From NCBI GenBank assembly GCA_963846495.1, contig CAWJWP010000035.1, positions 372,212 through 436,211 on the forward strand: 64,000 nucleotides of DNA. The letters are read 5' to 3'. The DNA comes from Thermoanaerobaculia bacterium (GTDB taxonomy: Bacteria > Acidobacteriota > Thermoanaerobaculia > Multivoradales > JAIOJS01). Below are positions 26,237 through 37,116 of the stretch, piece after piece; positions within the stretch are counted from its first letter, which is position 1, and each line of letters starts with the position of its first letter. A model generated the notes under the pieces. The model searched no databases. It saw only the letters and a list, made by a program, of their open reading frames with translations, and had not been told where the DNA came from. The position numbers and the translations under genes are program-made.

Positions 26237-26887
26237 CTAGTGCCCGACGCTGGTCAGGCCGTGGCGGATGGCGTACTTGGTGAGCTCGGCGATGCTGTGG
26301 AGGCCGAGCTTGGCCATCAGGTGCTCGCGGTGGCAGGTCACCGTCTTGACGCTGAGACCGAAGCGCGCCGCGATCGCCTTGATCGACAGCCCCTCGGCGA
26401 GGTGCTCGAGCACCTCGCGCTCGCGCGCGGTGAGCAGTAGCGCGGCGCCGTTGGTGGGACGCGCCGCCGGCGCCCGGTAGTCGGCCACCAGGGCGTCGGC
26501 CGCCTCGACGCCCAGGTAGCTGTGCCCGCCGGCGACGGCGTGGAGGGCCCGCACCAGATCCTCCGGCTCGCACTGCTTGACCAGCAAGCCGGCGGCGCCC
26601 GCCTCGAGCGCCGCGACGACGAGCGGTTTCTCGACGCTCGCCGCCAGGCAGAGCACCCGCGTCTGCGGCGAATCCGCGCCGATCGTGCGGATCGCCTCGA
26701 TGCTCGGGTCGGCGGGCGCGACCTCCATCACCACCACGTCGGGCCGGGTCTCGGCGGCCAGCCGAGCCGCGTCGTGCGGGTCGCTGGCCTCGGCGACGAC
26801 GCTCAGCTCCGCTTCGTTCTCCAGCAGCGTGCGCAAGCCGGCGAGGAAGATCTTGCAGCGGTCCACGAGGACGACCCGCGTGCACAT
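26237..26887 (-). CDS. NarL/LuxR-family response regulator with a non-canonical receiver domain
   Basis: A REC domain is followed by a C-terminal LuxR HTH (LTAREREVLEHLAEGLSIKAIAARFGLSVKTVTCHREHLMAKLG). The expected acidic pocket DD reads DR, and the phospho-acceptor position reads E (DVVVMEV). Confidence 0.85.
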   Translation of the reverse strand: MCTRVVLVDRCKIFLAGLRTLLENEAELSVVAEASDPHDAARLAAETRPDVVVMEVAPADPSIEAIRTIGADSPQTRVLCLAASVEKPLVVAALEAGAAGLLVKQCEPEDLVRALHAVAGGHSYLGVEAADALVADYRAPAARPTNGAALLLTAREREVLEHLAEGLSIKAIAARFGLSVKTVTCHREHLMAKLGLHSIAELTKYAIRHGLTSVGH

Positions 26888-27120
26888 GCCGTTGCCCCCT
26901 TTTCTACCAAAGACGACATTCGATCCATCACCGCAACATTCGACTCGTGACCGATGGCTGCAGTGTATCAGCGAATCACCTAGGCCTTCTTTACCCCGGG
27001 CCTACGCATTCATCCGATGGTCCTCGCGAACGAGCAGTGGTATTCATGAGAGCGACCGTAGCCGATTCATTTTGACGTGACGCGGAGGGGCCCCCTCCGT
27101 CGGAAAAGGGAGAGACGGCG

Positions 27121-29601
27121 ATGCCGACCCACCTGAGCTCGCGGGCTTGGAAATACCTGTTGCCGTGCGGTCTGCTGATCGTCTTCGCTTGCGATGGTTG
27201 CGGCAGGCCGAAGCCCACGGCCGTCGTCTACGACGAGGCCCACCAGGCCGGCCGCGACGCGGCGTCGCTCGCCGGCGCGGACGAGGACTACTACCGCGAC
27301 ATGGACAGCGGCGTGCAGCTGACGCGCAAGCAGGTCATCGGCCGCAACAACTGGGTGGTGTGGACGGCCGGCAACGACCGCCTGTGGGACGTCCTCGCGG
27401 CCAACAGCGCGGGGACCTTCGATCTGCTCAAGACGATCTCCTCCTATCCCTATCCGAAGGAGCGCAACCTCCCGGCCTTCGGCCGCTACAACCGCTGGAA
27501 GTGGTTTGGCCTCGTCAACGAGCCCTGCTTCGAGCAGGCGAAGGGTCCGGACCCGGAGCGCCACGACCTGTGGCTCGACAAGCGCCGCGCCGACTGCCCG
27601 CCCGACCCCTTCGAGAACGAGACGAAGTACCCGGGCGTGGCGTACGGGGCGCGCGGCAAGACCGTCCCACTGGGCTCCTACTACGGCTGGGGCACCGGCA
27701 TCGTCGGCCTGCGGCTCTTCCCCAACCCCGACTTCGACGAAGAGGCCAAGAAGCACTGGGACGCGAAGCGCTATTACAACGACCCCACCTACTACCTGAA
27801 GAAGGACCTGGTGCGGCCCTACCGCGTCGGCATGTCCTGCGGCTTCTGCCACGTCGGCCCCAACCCGGTGCGCCCGCCCGCCGACCCCGAGAACCCGACC
27901 TGGGCAAACCTGTCGTCGAACGTCGGCGCGCAGTACTTCTGGATCGACCGCATCTTCACCTGGGACGCCGACGAGAGCAGTTACCCCTACCAGCTCTTCC
28001 ACACCTCGCGCCCGGGCGCGCTCGACACCTCGCTCGTCTCCACCGACTACATCAACAACCCGCGCACGATGAACGCCATCTACGACCTCGGCGCGCGGTT
28101 GGCGCAGGGGAAGCGCTGGGGCAAGGAGACGCTGGCCGCCGGCGGTGAGCAGGAGAACAAACAGTTCAACGAGTACTACCCACCGCCGAGCCCCCTTTCC
28201 CAGTACTTCGAGGCGCCGGGCACCGTCTTCACCACCCGCGTGCTCAAGGACGGCGCCGACTCGGTCGGCGCCCTCGGCGCGCTCAACCGCGTCTACGTCA
28301 ACATCGGCCTCTTCAGCGAGGAGTGGCTGCAGCACTTCAACCCGCTGACCGGCGGCAAGCCGATCTCGCCGATCCTGATCAAGACCGGGCGCGAGCGCTC
28401 GAGCTACTGGCAGGCCAACGAGGCGCAGACACCGCACCTAGCCGACTTCTTCCTCGCCACCACGGCGCCGCACCACTTGAAGGATGCTCCCGGCGGCGCC
28501 GCCCACCTCAGCACGGACGCGGCGCAGCTCCAGCGCGGCAAGGTCGTCTTCGCCGAGACCTGCGCGCGCTGCCACTCCTCGAAGCTGCCGGCGTCGGTCG
28601 CCGGGCTCGACCCCAACGGCTGCGCCGGCCCCGGCTACCTCGACTGCTGGAACCGCTACTGGGCGTCGACCAAGACCGACGAGTTCAAGGCGCAGATGCG
28701 GGAGATCGTCCTGCGCGACGACTTCCTGCAGGGCAACTTCCTGTCGACCGAGGCGCGCGTGCCGGTGACGCTGCTCGAGACCAACGCCTGCAGCCCGCTC
28801 GCCACCAACGCGATCGCCGGCAACATCTGGGACAACTACTCGTCGCAGTCGTACAAGACGCTGCCTTCGGTGGGTCAGATCACCGTCCACGACCCGTTCA
28901 CCGGCGAGGCGAAGCGGTACACCATGCCCGCCGGCGGCCGCGGCTACACGCGGCCCGCGTCGCTGCTCAGCCTGTGGACGACGGCGCCCTACCTGCTGAA
29001 CAACACGGTGGGCATGTTCAACGGCGATCCTTCGGTCAAGGGGCGGATGGCCGCCTTCGAGGACGGCATCGAGAAGATGCTGTGGCCGGAGAAGCGCGAC
29101 CGCGACTCGGTCCTCGGCGACAAGGTGCCGGGTCTCATCGACCGCACCACGGCGTCGAGCTACCTGCGCGTGCCGCGCGGCTACCTGCCGCCCTTCGCGC
29201 CGAAGCTGCGGCCGCTGGTCCAGAAGCTGGCCCCGGCGGTCCTCGGCGAGACGGGGCTCGAGATCGGGCCGATCCCCAAGGGGATGCCGGTCAACCTGCT
29301 GTCGAACATCAACGTCGTGCCCGACCACATGACGACGAAGCAGCGGCTGGCGCACGAGAAGCGGCTGCTCGAGCTGCTGCTGAAGATCAAGCGCGACCTG
29401 ATAGCTCTACCGCCCAACGCCACCGACGAGCAGGCGCGGAAGATCTTCGGCAACTTGAGGCAGCCGCTGCTCGAGCTCAGCAAGTGCCCCGACTTCGTCG
29501 TCAACCGCGGTCATTACTTCGGCACTGACCGCTTCAAGGAGGAGCCGGGCCTCAGCGACGCCGACAAGCGGGCGCTGATCGAGCTCTTGAAGACGTTCTA
29601 A
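27121..29601 (+). CDS. Large c-type cytochrome lipoprotein (two CxxCH motifs)
   Basis: It has a lipobox (LLIVFAC) and heme-attachment motifs CGFCH and CARCH. It is 826 aa, and I did not recognise a family. Confidence 0.7.
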   Translation: MPTHLSSRAWKYLLPCGLLIVFACDGCGRPKPTAVVYDEAHQAGRDAASLAGADEDYYRDMDSGVQLTRKQVIGRNNWVVWTAGNDRLWDVLAANSAGTFDLLKTISSYPYPKERNLPAFGRYNRWKWFGLVNEPCFEQAKGPDPERHDLWLDKRRADCPPDPFENETKYPGVAYGARGKTVPLGSYYGWGTGIVGLRLFPNPDFDEEAKKHWDAKRYYNDPTYYLKKDLVRPYRVGMSCGFCHVGPNPVRPPADPENPTWANLSSNVGAQYFWIDRIFTWDADESSYPYQLFHTSRPGALDTSLVSTDYINNPRTMNAIYDLGARLAQGKRWGKETLAAGGEQENKQFNEYYPPPSPLSQYFEAPGTVFTTRVLKDGADSVGALGALNRVYVNIGLFSEEWLQHFNPLTGGKPISPILIKTGRERSSYWQANEAQTPHLADFFLATTAPHHLKDAPGGAAHLSTDAAQLQRGKVVFAETCARCHSSKLPASVAGLDPNGCAGPGYLDCWNRYWASTKTDEFKAQMREIVLRDDFLQGNFLSTEARVPVTLLETNACSPLATNAIAGNIWDNYSSQSYKTLPSVGQITVHDPFTGEAKRYTMPAGGRGYTRPASLLSLWTTAPYLLNNTVGMFNGDPSVKGRMAAFEDGIEKMLWPEKRDRDSVLGDKVPGLIDRTTASSYLRVPRGYLPPFAPKLRPLVQKLAPAVLGETGLEIGPIPKGMPVNLLSNINVVPDHMTTKQRLAHEKRLLELLLKIKRDLIALPPNATDEQARKIFGNLRQPLLELSKCPDFVVNRGHYFGTDRFKEEPGLSDADKRALIELLKTF

Positions 29602-29613
29602 CGGAGCCGCGGT

Positions 29614-31374
29614 ATGCGCAAAGCCGGATGTCTTCTCATCGTCCTCCTCTGCGCGGGGCTGGGGCTCGCCCGGGGGCAGGTGATCCCGGACCCGCCGCCC
29701 GAGAACGACCCGCACGCCAAGGCGCGGGCCGACGAGCTCTATCCGTCCGCCCGCGTGTGCGGCGAGTGCCACCCCCGACAGTTCGAGCAGTGGAGCATCT
29801 CGTCGCACGCCTACGCCAACGTGTCGCCGATGTTCAACAAGTTCGAGCAGAAGATCAACGACCTGGCGAGGGGCACCATCAACTCCTTCTGCGTGCGCTG
29901 TCACGCCAGCGTCGGCACCGCGCTGGGCGAGCGGCGCGACATCGCCTGGTGGGACAGGAGCGCCGCCTCGCGCGAAGGCATCACCTGCGTCACCTGTCAC
30001 CGCGTCGGCGAGGCCTACGGCAAGTCGAACGCGGCGCGCCGCATCGCGCCGGGCAACATCCACGAAGCGGTGTTCGGCCCCTTCGACACCACCGGCGGCA
30101 TCAAGGCGATCAGCAACGCCAGGCTCTATCAGCTGCTGGTGAGCCAGGACCAACCCGACCGCCCGGACGGGCCGGACGGGAAATGGATCCGCATCCACCA
30201 GGCAGCCGTGCAGTCCAACCTGATCGTGCAGTCGGAGTTCTGCGCCACCTGTCACCAGGTCCAGGTGCACCCCGGGATCAAATTGGAAACCGTTTGGGAG
30301 GAGTACCGCTCGTCGCCGGCGGCGAAGGACGGCACCACCTGCCAGGACTGCCACATGAGCAAGACGCCGGGCCTGCCCGCCGGCTTCGAGATCGGGCCCG
30401 CCGCCGAAATCAACAAGAAGCACGTCAACACGCAACGGCCCCTCACCGACCACACCTTCGTCGGCCCGGGCTATCCGATCAGCCATCCTGGTCTCTTCCC
30501 CTTCCGCATGGACGAGTCGCCGTTCACGCCGCAGCAGTGGCTCACCTTCGACTATCGCGCCGAGTGGGGCAGCGACGCCTTCGAAAGCAAGGTTTCGTCG
30601 GGCTCCCCTACCTTCCCGGCCGAGTGGCAGAACGCCGCCGACCGCAAGAAAGCGTGGAAGATCGTCCAGGAAAACCTCGAGCGGTGGAAGGAGCGGCGGC
30701 GCCAGCGCGTCAAGCTGCTCGAGACCGGCTCGCACCTCGACGGGCCGTACTTCAAGGGACAGACCGCGGCCGGGAAACCGTTGTCGTTCGAGTACCGCAT
30801 CCACAACCGCAACCGGGGGCACAACCTGCCCTCCGGCTCGCTGGGAGCGCAGCCCGAGCTGTGGCTCAACGTGGCGCTCATCGATCCCGACGGCAAGCGG
30901 GTGTGGGAATCGGGCTACGTCGACAGCTACGGCGACGTCGCCGACCTGCAGTCGAAGGACGTGCAGGAAGGAAAGATCGCCCACGACGACCAGCTGGTCA
31001 GCATGCAGGCGAAGTTCATCACCACCAACGTGAAGGGGACGGATCGGGAGACGTATCTGCCGATCAACCTGGATTTCGACCAGCTCCCCTTCATCCGCCC
31101 TGGCGGCGCGCCGGTGTCGCTGCTCAACCATCCGCCCTTCGCGCGCATGGAGAAGCGCAGCATCCCGCCGCTGGGCACCCGCGTCGCGAAATACAAGGTC
31201 CCGGCGAGCGCGATCACGAAACCGGGCACCTATCGGCTGGCCGTGCGCCTGCGCGGCCGCACCGAGCCGATCTATTTCATGACCTTCGTCGGCGCCACCG
31301 ACGACATGATCCGTTCCGAGAACTACTGGGCCGACGACATCCATCCCTACGCCGTCGAATTCCAGGTCCGCTGA
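29614..31374 (+). CDS. Multiheme c-type cytochrome (five CxxCH motifs)
   Basis: It has a signal peptide and the motifs CGECH (followed by PRQFEQWSISSH), CVRCH, CVTCH, CATCH and CQDCH. Confidence 0.8.
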   Translation: MRKAGCLLIVLLCAGLGLARGQVIPDPPPENDPHAKARADELYPSARVCGECHPRQFEQWSISSHAYANVSPMFNKFEQKINDLARGTINSFCVRCHASVGTALGERRDIAWWDRSAASREGITCVTCHRVGEAYGKSNAARRIAPGNIHEAVFGPFDTTGGIKAISNARLYQLLVSQDQPDRPDGPDGKWIRIHQAAVQSNLIVQSEFCATCHQVQVHPGIKLETVWEEYRSSPAAKDGTTCQDCHMSKTPGLPAGFEIGPAAEINKKHVNTQRPLTDHTFVGPGYPISHPGLFPFRMDESPFTPQQWLTFDYRAEWGSDAFESKVSSGSPTFPAEWQNAADRKKAWKIVQENLERWKERRRQRVKLLETGSHLDGPYFKGQTAAGKPLSFEYRIHNRNRGHNLPSGSLGAQPELWLNVALIDPDGKRVWESGYVDSYGDVADLQSKDVQEGKIAHDDQLVSMQAKFITTNVKGTDRETYLPINLDFDQLPFIRPGGAPVSLLNHPPFARMEKRSIPPLGTRVAKYKVPASAITKPGTYRLAVRLRGRTEPIYFMTFVGATDDMIRSENYWADDIHPYAVEFQVR

Positions 31375-31387
31375 GAGCGGGACGCCC

Positions 31388-32965
31388 ATGAACGAAAAAG
31401 CGTGGACCGCGACTCCGCTGCTCGTCGGCCTTCTCGTGCTCGCCTTGAGCGTGCCTGCTGCCGCGACCGAGGCCGAGGCTGCGGCCGACACTGCCGCGCC
31501 CACGGCCGACACGCACGAGAAGGACGAGCCGAAGATGTCGCCCGAGGCCAAGCTGCTCGGCCACCTCGAGCACCTCGACGCGCCCGCCGGCGGCTGGTTC
31601 GGCGGCGACCCCACGCGCTTCGACGGGCCGTACGACGCCCAGGCGCAGCTCGACATCTACGGCAAGAAGCACATGAACCGCACGGCGCAGCCGCCCGTCA
31701 GCCTCGGCCGCCGTCTCTACGATCGCGGCGCCTACAAGCCGCGCCCCACATGGCTCGGCGCCAAAAACCCGATCGGTTTCCACTTCCTGGGCTACGGCGA
31801 CCTGCGCGTCGCCGGCGCCTATTACGACAACGGCGTCACCTCGCCGAGCGGCAAGAGCGAGCAGTCGGTGATCGCCGCCCGTCTCAACCTCGACCTCGAC
31901 GCCGCCTTCACCGCCACCGAGCGCATCCACGCCTTCGTTCGCCCGCTCGACAAGAACGGCTCCTTCACCCGCTACCAGATCAGCGGCGGCACCCAAGACG
32001 ACGAGTTCGTCGACGAATTCGATTTCGACATCGACACGCTGTTTTTCGAAGGCGACCTCGGCGCCATGAGCCAAGGGTGGACGAACCGGCCCAACTCGCT
32101 CGACCTGCCGATCGCCATCGGCCGCGTCCCGGTGCTGACGCAGAACGGCATCTGGATCGAGGACGCCTTCGACGGCTTCGCCGTCGGCATCACGGCGAAG
32201 AACAGCCCGAAGCTCGACGTCAGCAACTACGACGTCACCTTCTTCGCCGGTTTCAACGAGGTGACGACGGCCGCCGTCGCCAACAGCAACGACAACGCGA
32301 AAGTCTTCGGCATCGCCACCTTCGCCGACGCGCGAAAAGGTTACTTCGAGGGCGGCTACGGCTACGTCGACGCCGACGACAGCGCTTTCAGCTACCACAA
32401 CGTCACTGCCGCCTTCTCGCGACGGTACGGCGGCCGAGTCGCCAACAGCGTTCGCCTGATCGGCAACTTCGGTCAGAGCGCGGCGACGAAGACGGCCGAC
32501 GGCGTGCTGGTCCTGATCGAAAATTCGCTCGTCCCGCGGCGGCCGTGGAACGCCCTCCCCAGCCCCGCCAACGTCGTCCCCTACCTCAACCTCTTCGCCG
32601 GCTTCGACTCGCCGCAGTCGCTGGCGCGGGGCGGCGATTCGGGCGGCGTGCTGAGGAACACCGGCGTCAACTTCGAGTCCGATGGCTTGACCGCCTACCC
32701 GACCCTCGACGCGCGCGCGCAGGACTCCTACGGCGGCGCGATCGGCCTCGAATACCTTTTCAGCCTCGACCGGCAGATCGTGATCGAAGCGGCGGTCGTC
32801 GAGCGCATGAAGGAAAGCACGCTCGGGTCGCAGTACGCCCTCGGCGCCCGCTATCAACACCCGATCTCCAACGCCTGGATCGTGCGCCTCGACGCCATGC
32901 ACGGCTGGCGCGAGGGCTTGAAGGACGTCTACGGAGCGCGCTTGGAGATCCGCCGCAAGTTGTGA
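31388..32965 (+). CDS. Putative outer-membrane beta-barrel (porin-like) protein
   Basis: It has a signal peptide ([16 protein letters not shown]) and an acidic N-terminal linker. Its composition is Gly/Tyr/Asp/Phe-rich in alternating strands. I am not certain of the family. Confidence 0.55.
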   Translation: MNEKAWTATPLLVGLLVLALSVPAAATEAEAAADTAAPTADTHEKDEPKMSPEAKLLGHLEHLDAPAGGWFGGDPTRFDGPYDAQAQLDIYGKKHMNRTAQPPVSLGRRLYDRGAYKPRPTWLGAKNPIGFHFLGYGDLRVAGAYYDNGVTSPSGKSEQSVIAARLNLDLDAAFTATERIHAFVRPLDKNGSFTRYQISGGTQDDEFVDEFDFDIDTLFFEGDLGAMSQGWTNRPNSLDLPIAIGRVPVLTQNGIWIEDAFDGFAVGITAKNSPKLDVSNYDVTFFAGFNEVTTAAVANSNDNAKVFGIATFADARKGYFEGGYGYVDADDSAFSYHNVTAAFSRRYGGRVANSVRLIGNFGQSAATKTADGVLVLIENSLVPRRPWNALPSPANVVPYLNLFAGFDSPQSLARGGDSGGVLRNTGVNFESDGLTAYPTLDARAQDSYGGAIGLEYLFSLDRQIVIEAAVVERMKESTLGSQYALGARYQHPISNAWIVRLDAMHGWREGLKDVYGARLEIRRKL

Positions 32966-33011
32966 CGCCGGCTCGCAGCGGCTCCGGAAGTCCCGGGAAG
33001 GAGGTCCACCG

Positions 33012-33473
33012 ATGTCGATCTTTCAACTCCGCGTCAACGGCGACCTGCACACCGTCGACGTGGACGGCGACATGCCGCTGTTGTGGGCGTTGCGCGACGT
33101 CCTGGGGCTCAAGGGCACCAAGTTCGGCTGCGGCGTCGCGCAGTGCGGCGCTTGCACCGTCCACCTCGACGGCCGCGCCGTGCGCTCCTGCGCCGTCGAC
33201 GTCGGCGTCGCCTGCCTCTCCGAGATCACCACCATCGAAGGGCTGTCGCGCGACGGCAGCCACCGCGTGCAGCAGGCGTGGGTCGACCTCGGCGTGCCGC
33301 AGTGCGGTTTCTGCCAGCCGGGCCAGATCATGAGCGCCGTCGCGCTCCTCGACAAGATCCCGCACCCCGACGACGACCAGATCGACCAGTACATGCGCGG
33401 CAACATCTGCCGCTGCGGCACCTATCCGCGCATCCGCGCCGCCATCCACAAGGCCGCCGGGAGCGTGCCATGA
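33012..33473 (+). CDS. (2Fe-2S)-binding small subunit of a molybdenum hydroxylase (IorA/aldehyde oxidoreductase gamma-like)
   Basis: The two [2Fe-2S] motifs typical of this family are present: [11 protein letters not shown] and [10 protein letters not shown]...CRCGTY. Confidence 0.9.
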   Translation: MSIFQLRVNGDLHTVDVDGDMPLLWALRDVLGLKGTKFGCGVAQCGACTVHLDGRAVRSCAVDVGVACLSEITTIEGLSRDGSHRVQQAWVDLGVPQCGFCQPGQIMSAVALLDKIPHPDDDQIDQYMRGNICRCGTYPRIRAAIHKAAGSVP

Positions 33474-36187
33474 GCGCCAGCATCCAGATCACCCGCCGGC
33501 AGTTCCTGCGCCATTCCGGCGTCGGCGCCGGCGCCTTGGTGCTCGGCGCTTCGATCACCTTTCCCGAGCCGGCCGCCGCCGCGCTGGGCGCGGTTCGCAC
33601 CCTTTTTCACGAAGGCTTCTCGCTCAACCCGTTCGTCGCCATCAAACTGGATGGCACGATCATCATCCAGGCCCACCGCTCCGAGATGGGGCAGGGCATC
33701 AAGTCGAGCCTCGCTGCCGTGCTCGCCGACGAGCTCGAGGCCGACTGGTCGAAGGTCAGGGTCGAGCAGTCCGACGCCGACGGACAGAGGTTCGCGATCG
33801 CCAACAGCAACCCGGGCGGCAAACCGAGCTATTTCATTTCGGATGAAGTCTCGCAGTTCGCCGACAGCTCGCGCAGCATGGCCATCTACTACGAGCCGAT
33901 GCGGCTTTTCGGCGCCGGCATCCGACTGGTGTTCACCCGCGCCGCCGCCAAGGATTGGGGGGTCGACCCGGAGGAGTGCTGGGCGGAGCAGCACCATATC
34001 CATTACCAGCCCGGCGGTCGTCACGGCAACGTTCCCCCACGGACTTCCCACATAAAGCGAAAGGACCCATTTCCCTACAACCGCCTACTGCTGGAAGCCC
34101 TTCAGGTGCCGATACCCCAGATCCCGGAGATCCGGGCAGCGCTCAAGAAACCCGAGGAGTGGCGCTTCATCGGCAAGGAGACGATGCCGTTCATCGACGC
34201 CAAGGACATGGTCACCGGCGAGGCGGTCTACGGTGCCGACGTCGACCCCAAGCGGCCCGGCATGCTGACGGCGATGATCGAACGCTGTCCGGTGGCCAAC
34301 GGCGACGTCAAGAGCTTCGACGACAGCGAAGCGCGCAAGGTGCCGGGTGTCGTCGACGTCGTCAAGGTCCTCCCCGACGACTTCGTCAAGCGGCACGGCG
34401 CCGGCGGCGTGGGCCGTGCCTTCATCCCCCACGCCGGCGTCGCCGTCATCGCCGAGAACACCTGGGCGGCATTGCAGGGGCGGCGGAAGCTCAAGGTCGA
34501 GTGGGACCTCTCCTCTGCCGACGCTGCGTCCCACGCCAATTACGATTCGGACGCCTATCGCCGCGAGCTCGCGTCGTCGACCGCGCAACCGGGCAAATTG
34601 TTACGCAAGAGGGGCGACGTCGACGCGGCCTTCGCCGGGGCGGCCCAGGTCGTAGAAGCGGACTACTACGTCCCCCACCTGGCGCAGGCGGCGATGGAGC
34701 CGCCCGCGGCCATCGCCGTCTACGACGACGGGAAGTGGGAGGTCTGGTCCCCGACGCAGGGCCCCGAGATCACCCAGCACTACATCGGCCTGGCGATGCT
34801 GGAGCCCGATCCGGTCGAGTGGCTGGTGTGGCAGGCGCTCGACGAGTGCGAGCTCAAGGAGTGCGAGCAGGCGGAGCGGCGCGAGTTCAACGAAGCGCTC
34901 GCGGCACAGTTGGGAATCACCGTGCAGGATCTGTTCGTGCGCCGCGACCGGCTCAAGAGGACCGTCCGCGAGAAGGTCAAGGTCCACGTGACCTTGCTGG
35001 GCGGCGGCTTCGGGCGCAAGTCGCAGCCGGACTATGCGCTGGAGGCGGCGTTCCTCGCCCGGCAACGTCCCGGCGTGCCCATCCGCGTGCAATGGACGCG
35101 CGAGGACGACATCCAGCACAGCTTCTTCCATGCGGTCAGCCACCAGCACGTGAAGGCCGCCCTCGACGGGACGGGAAAGCCGACCGCCTGGCTGCAACGC
35201 AGCGCCTTCCCATCGTTCTTCGGCACCATCTTTCGCCACGACGCCGAGATCTACAAGAAATCGCGGGCGGCATATTTCGGCGGCGGCGAGTATCCGTACG
35301 GCTCCGCCATCGAGCGGGCGCAGGGCCTCGAGGACCTGCCGTTCGACGTCGACAACATCCGGCTCGAGAACTGTCCAGCCCACAACCACGTCCGCCTCGG
35401 CTGGATGCGCTCGGTCTCCAACATCTTCCACGCCTTCGCCGTCGGCTCCTTCGCCGACGAGCTGGCGATCGCCGCCGGCGAGCCCAACCACAAGAAATAC
35501 CTGCTCGACCTGATCGGGGACGGACGCATCCTCGACCTCGAGCAGGAAGAGGTCAAATGCTTCGACAACAACGGTTTCGCCGCTCTCAAGTTTGGCGGCA
35601 ACCCGGCCGTGCTGCCGCCCTATCCACCCGACACGCGGCGGCTGCGCGAGGTGGTGCGGCGAGTGGCAGAGGCGTCGGGCTGGGACGACAAGTGGAACAA
35701 CCTGCCCAAGGGCCACGGCCTGGGCATCGCCGGCCACCGCGCCTTCCTCAGCTACGCCGCCATCGTCGTCCACGTCTCGCTCAACGAAGCCAACGAGCTG
35801 ACCATCCACGAGATCCACGGCGCCATCGACTGCGGCTTCGCGGTCAACCCCGACCGCGTGAGGGCGCAGATGGAGGGCGGCATCCTCTACGGCCTCAGCT
35901 ACGCCCTGCTCGGCGAGATCACGCTCAAGAACGGCGCCGTGGTGCAGAACAACTTCGACGACTACTCCGTGCTCCGCATCCACCACGTGCCGCGGAAGCT
36001 GTCCACGCTCATCGTCGAGCCGACCGCCGCGGTGGTCAAAGACTGCCCCGACGGCGAAGTACGGCCGACCGGAGTCGGCGAGCCTCCGACGCCGGCCGTC
36101 GCCCCCGCCCTCGCCAACGCCATCGTCGCCGCCGGCGGCCCGCGCCTGCGCGAGATCCCGTTCTGCAAGAAGCTCGTCGTCCTCTGA
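33470..36187 (+). CDS. Molybdopterin-dependent oxidoreductase large subunit (IorB / aldehyde oxidase-xanthine dehydrogenase family), Tat-exported
   Basis: The ATG overlaps the upstream stop (ATGA). It has a twin-arginine signal ([21 protein letters not shown]) and IorB-like motifs throughout its 905 aa. Confidence 0.9.
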   Translation: MSASIQITRRQFLRHSGVGAGALVLGASITFPEPAAAALGAVRTLFHEGFSLNPFVAIKLDGTIIIQAHRSEMGQGIKSSLAAVLADELEADWSKVRVEQSDADGQRFAIANSNPGGKPSYFISDEVSQFADSSRSMAIYYEPMRLFGAGIRLVFTRAAAKDWGVDPEECWAEQHHIHYQPGGRHGNVPPRTSHIKRKDPFPYNRLLLEALQVPIPQIPEIRAALKKPEEWRFIGKETMPFIDAKDMVTGEAVYGADVDPKRPGMLTAMIERCPVANGDVKSFDDSEARKVPGVVDVVKVLPDDFVKRHGAGGVGRAFIPHAGVAVIAENTWAALQGRRKLKVEWDLSSADAASHANYDSDAYRRELASSTAQPGKLLRKRGDVDAAFAGAAQVVEADYYVPHLAQAAMEPPAAIAVYDDGKWEVWSPTQGPEITQHYIGLAMLEPDPVEWLVWQALDECELKECEQAERREFNEALAAQLGITVQDLFVRRDRLKRTVREKVKVHVTLLGGGFGRKSQPDYALEAAFLARQRPGVPIRVQWTREDDIQHSFFHAVSHQHVKAALDGTGKPTAWLQRSAFPSFFGTIFRHDAEIYKKSRAAYFGGGEYPYGSAIERAQGLEDLPFDVDNIRLENCPAHNHVRLGWMRSVSNIFHAFAVGSFADELAIAAGEPNHKKYLLDLIGDGRILDLEQEEVKCFDNNGFAALKFGGNPAVLPPYPPDTRRLREVVRRVAEASGWDDKWNNLPKGHGLGIAGHRAFLSYAAIVVHVSLNEANELTIHEIHGAIDCGFAVNPDRVRAQMEGGILYGLSYALLGEITLKNGAVVQNNFDDYSVLRIHHVPRKLSTLIVEPTAAVVKDCPDGEVRPTGVGEPPTPAVAPALANAIVAAGGPRLREIPFCKKLVVL

Positions 36188-36240
36188 GCTAGGTCGGCAC
36201 CGCGGAACGAGGCCTGCGGCCCTGCAGCGGCACTCCGATG

Positions 36241-36300
36241 CGGAGTGACCAATCAGGCTCCCAGTGTCACTGCGAGGAGCGGAGCGACGAAGCAGTCTCG
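36241..36300. repeat. REP-like element (copy 3, degenerate left arm)
   Basis: The right arm gtcactgcgaggagcggagcgacgaagcagtctcg (36266-36300) matches copies 1 and 2. Only agtgac/gtcact pairing remains on the left. Confidence 0.4.
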
Positions 36301-36390
36301 ATGGTCGAGGTCGCACGGCGTTGCGCGCCCTCGCGCTGACGGAGACTTCTCGTAGACTTCTCCGTCGACAGCAGGACCCAACCAACTTCG

Positions 36391-37110
36391 ATGAGCCAGC
36401 GTCGGACGACCTCCTCCCTCGACGCGGGCGCGGATCTCCGTGCTCCCGCGATCCCGTTCGCCGTCACCCTCGCCTTCACGGCCTGGGTGGCGGTGTGGCT
36501 GCCCATCTACTGGTATCGCTACGGCGGCTGCAACCAGCTCTGGCTGTGCGACTTCGCCAACCTCGTCACGCTGGCGGCGCTGTGGCTGCGCAGCCCGGTG
36601 TTGCTGTCGTCGCAGCTCGTCGCCGTCACGGTGCCGCAAGTGGGCTGGACGATCGACTGGGTGGGGCGGCTCGTCCTCGGCTTCCACCCCATCGGCGGCA
36701 CCGAGTACATGTTCGACGTCAGCAAGCCCTGGTGGCTGCGCGCCCTGTCGCTCTTCCACCTCTGGATGCTGCCGTTCCTCGTCTGGCTGGTGCGGCGCAC
36801 CGGCTACGACCGCCGCGGCGTCTGGGTGCAGACGGCGTTGATGACCTGCGTGCTGCTGCCGGCCTCGTTCCTCGGCGCCACGCGCGCCGAGAACGTCAAC
36901 TGGGTGTGGGGGCCGTTCGGCCGCGAGCAGACCTGGATGCCGCCGCTCGTCTGGTTCGCCTGCCTCTTCGTGCTCTACCCGCTCGTGCTGTTCGCGCCGC
37001 CGCACCTGCTGGCGCTGCGGCTACTGCCGCGCCGCGAGCCGGCGACTGCACGCGCCGACTCGGCCGACCCGAGCGCCGCCGCCGCGCCGCTACCGCTGCT
37101 GCCGCAGTAG
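36391..37110 (+). CDS. Hypothetical polytopic membrane protein
   Basis: 239 aa with about six hydrophobic helices and a Trp-rich composition. I recognised no family. Confidence 0.6.
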   Translation: MSQRRTTSSLDAGADLRAPAIPFAVTLAFTAWVAVWLPIYWYRYGGCNQLWLCDFANLVTLAALWLRSPVLLSSQLVAVTVPQVGWTIDWVGRLVLGFHPIGGTEYMFDVSKPWWLRALSLFHLWMLPFLVWLVRRTGYDRRGVWVQTALMTCVLLPASFLGATRAENVNWVWGPFGREQTWMPPLVWFACLFVLYPLVLFAPPHLLALRLLPRREPATARADSADPSAAAAPLPLLPQ

Positions 37111-37116
37111 CCGCGC

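Noticed and set aside
27083-27099. A GC palindrome, ggaggggccccctcc, in the 5' leader of the cytochrome operon.
   Set aside because: It would form only a 5-7 bp stem with a very tight loop. It might be an operator half-site pair, but there is no supporting repeat or known motif, so I did not report it as a feature.
36896-37116. An apparent 74-codon C-terminal extension of the kinase ORF overlaps the convergent membrane-protein gene.
   Set aside because: It is a low-complexity Arg/Ala tail produced by a frameshift near 37400. The shifted frame encodes proper TPR units and ends at 37117.
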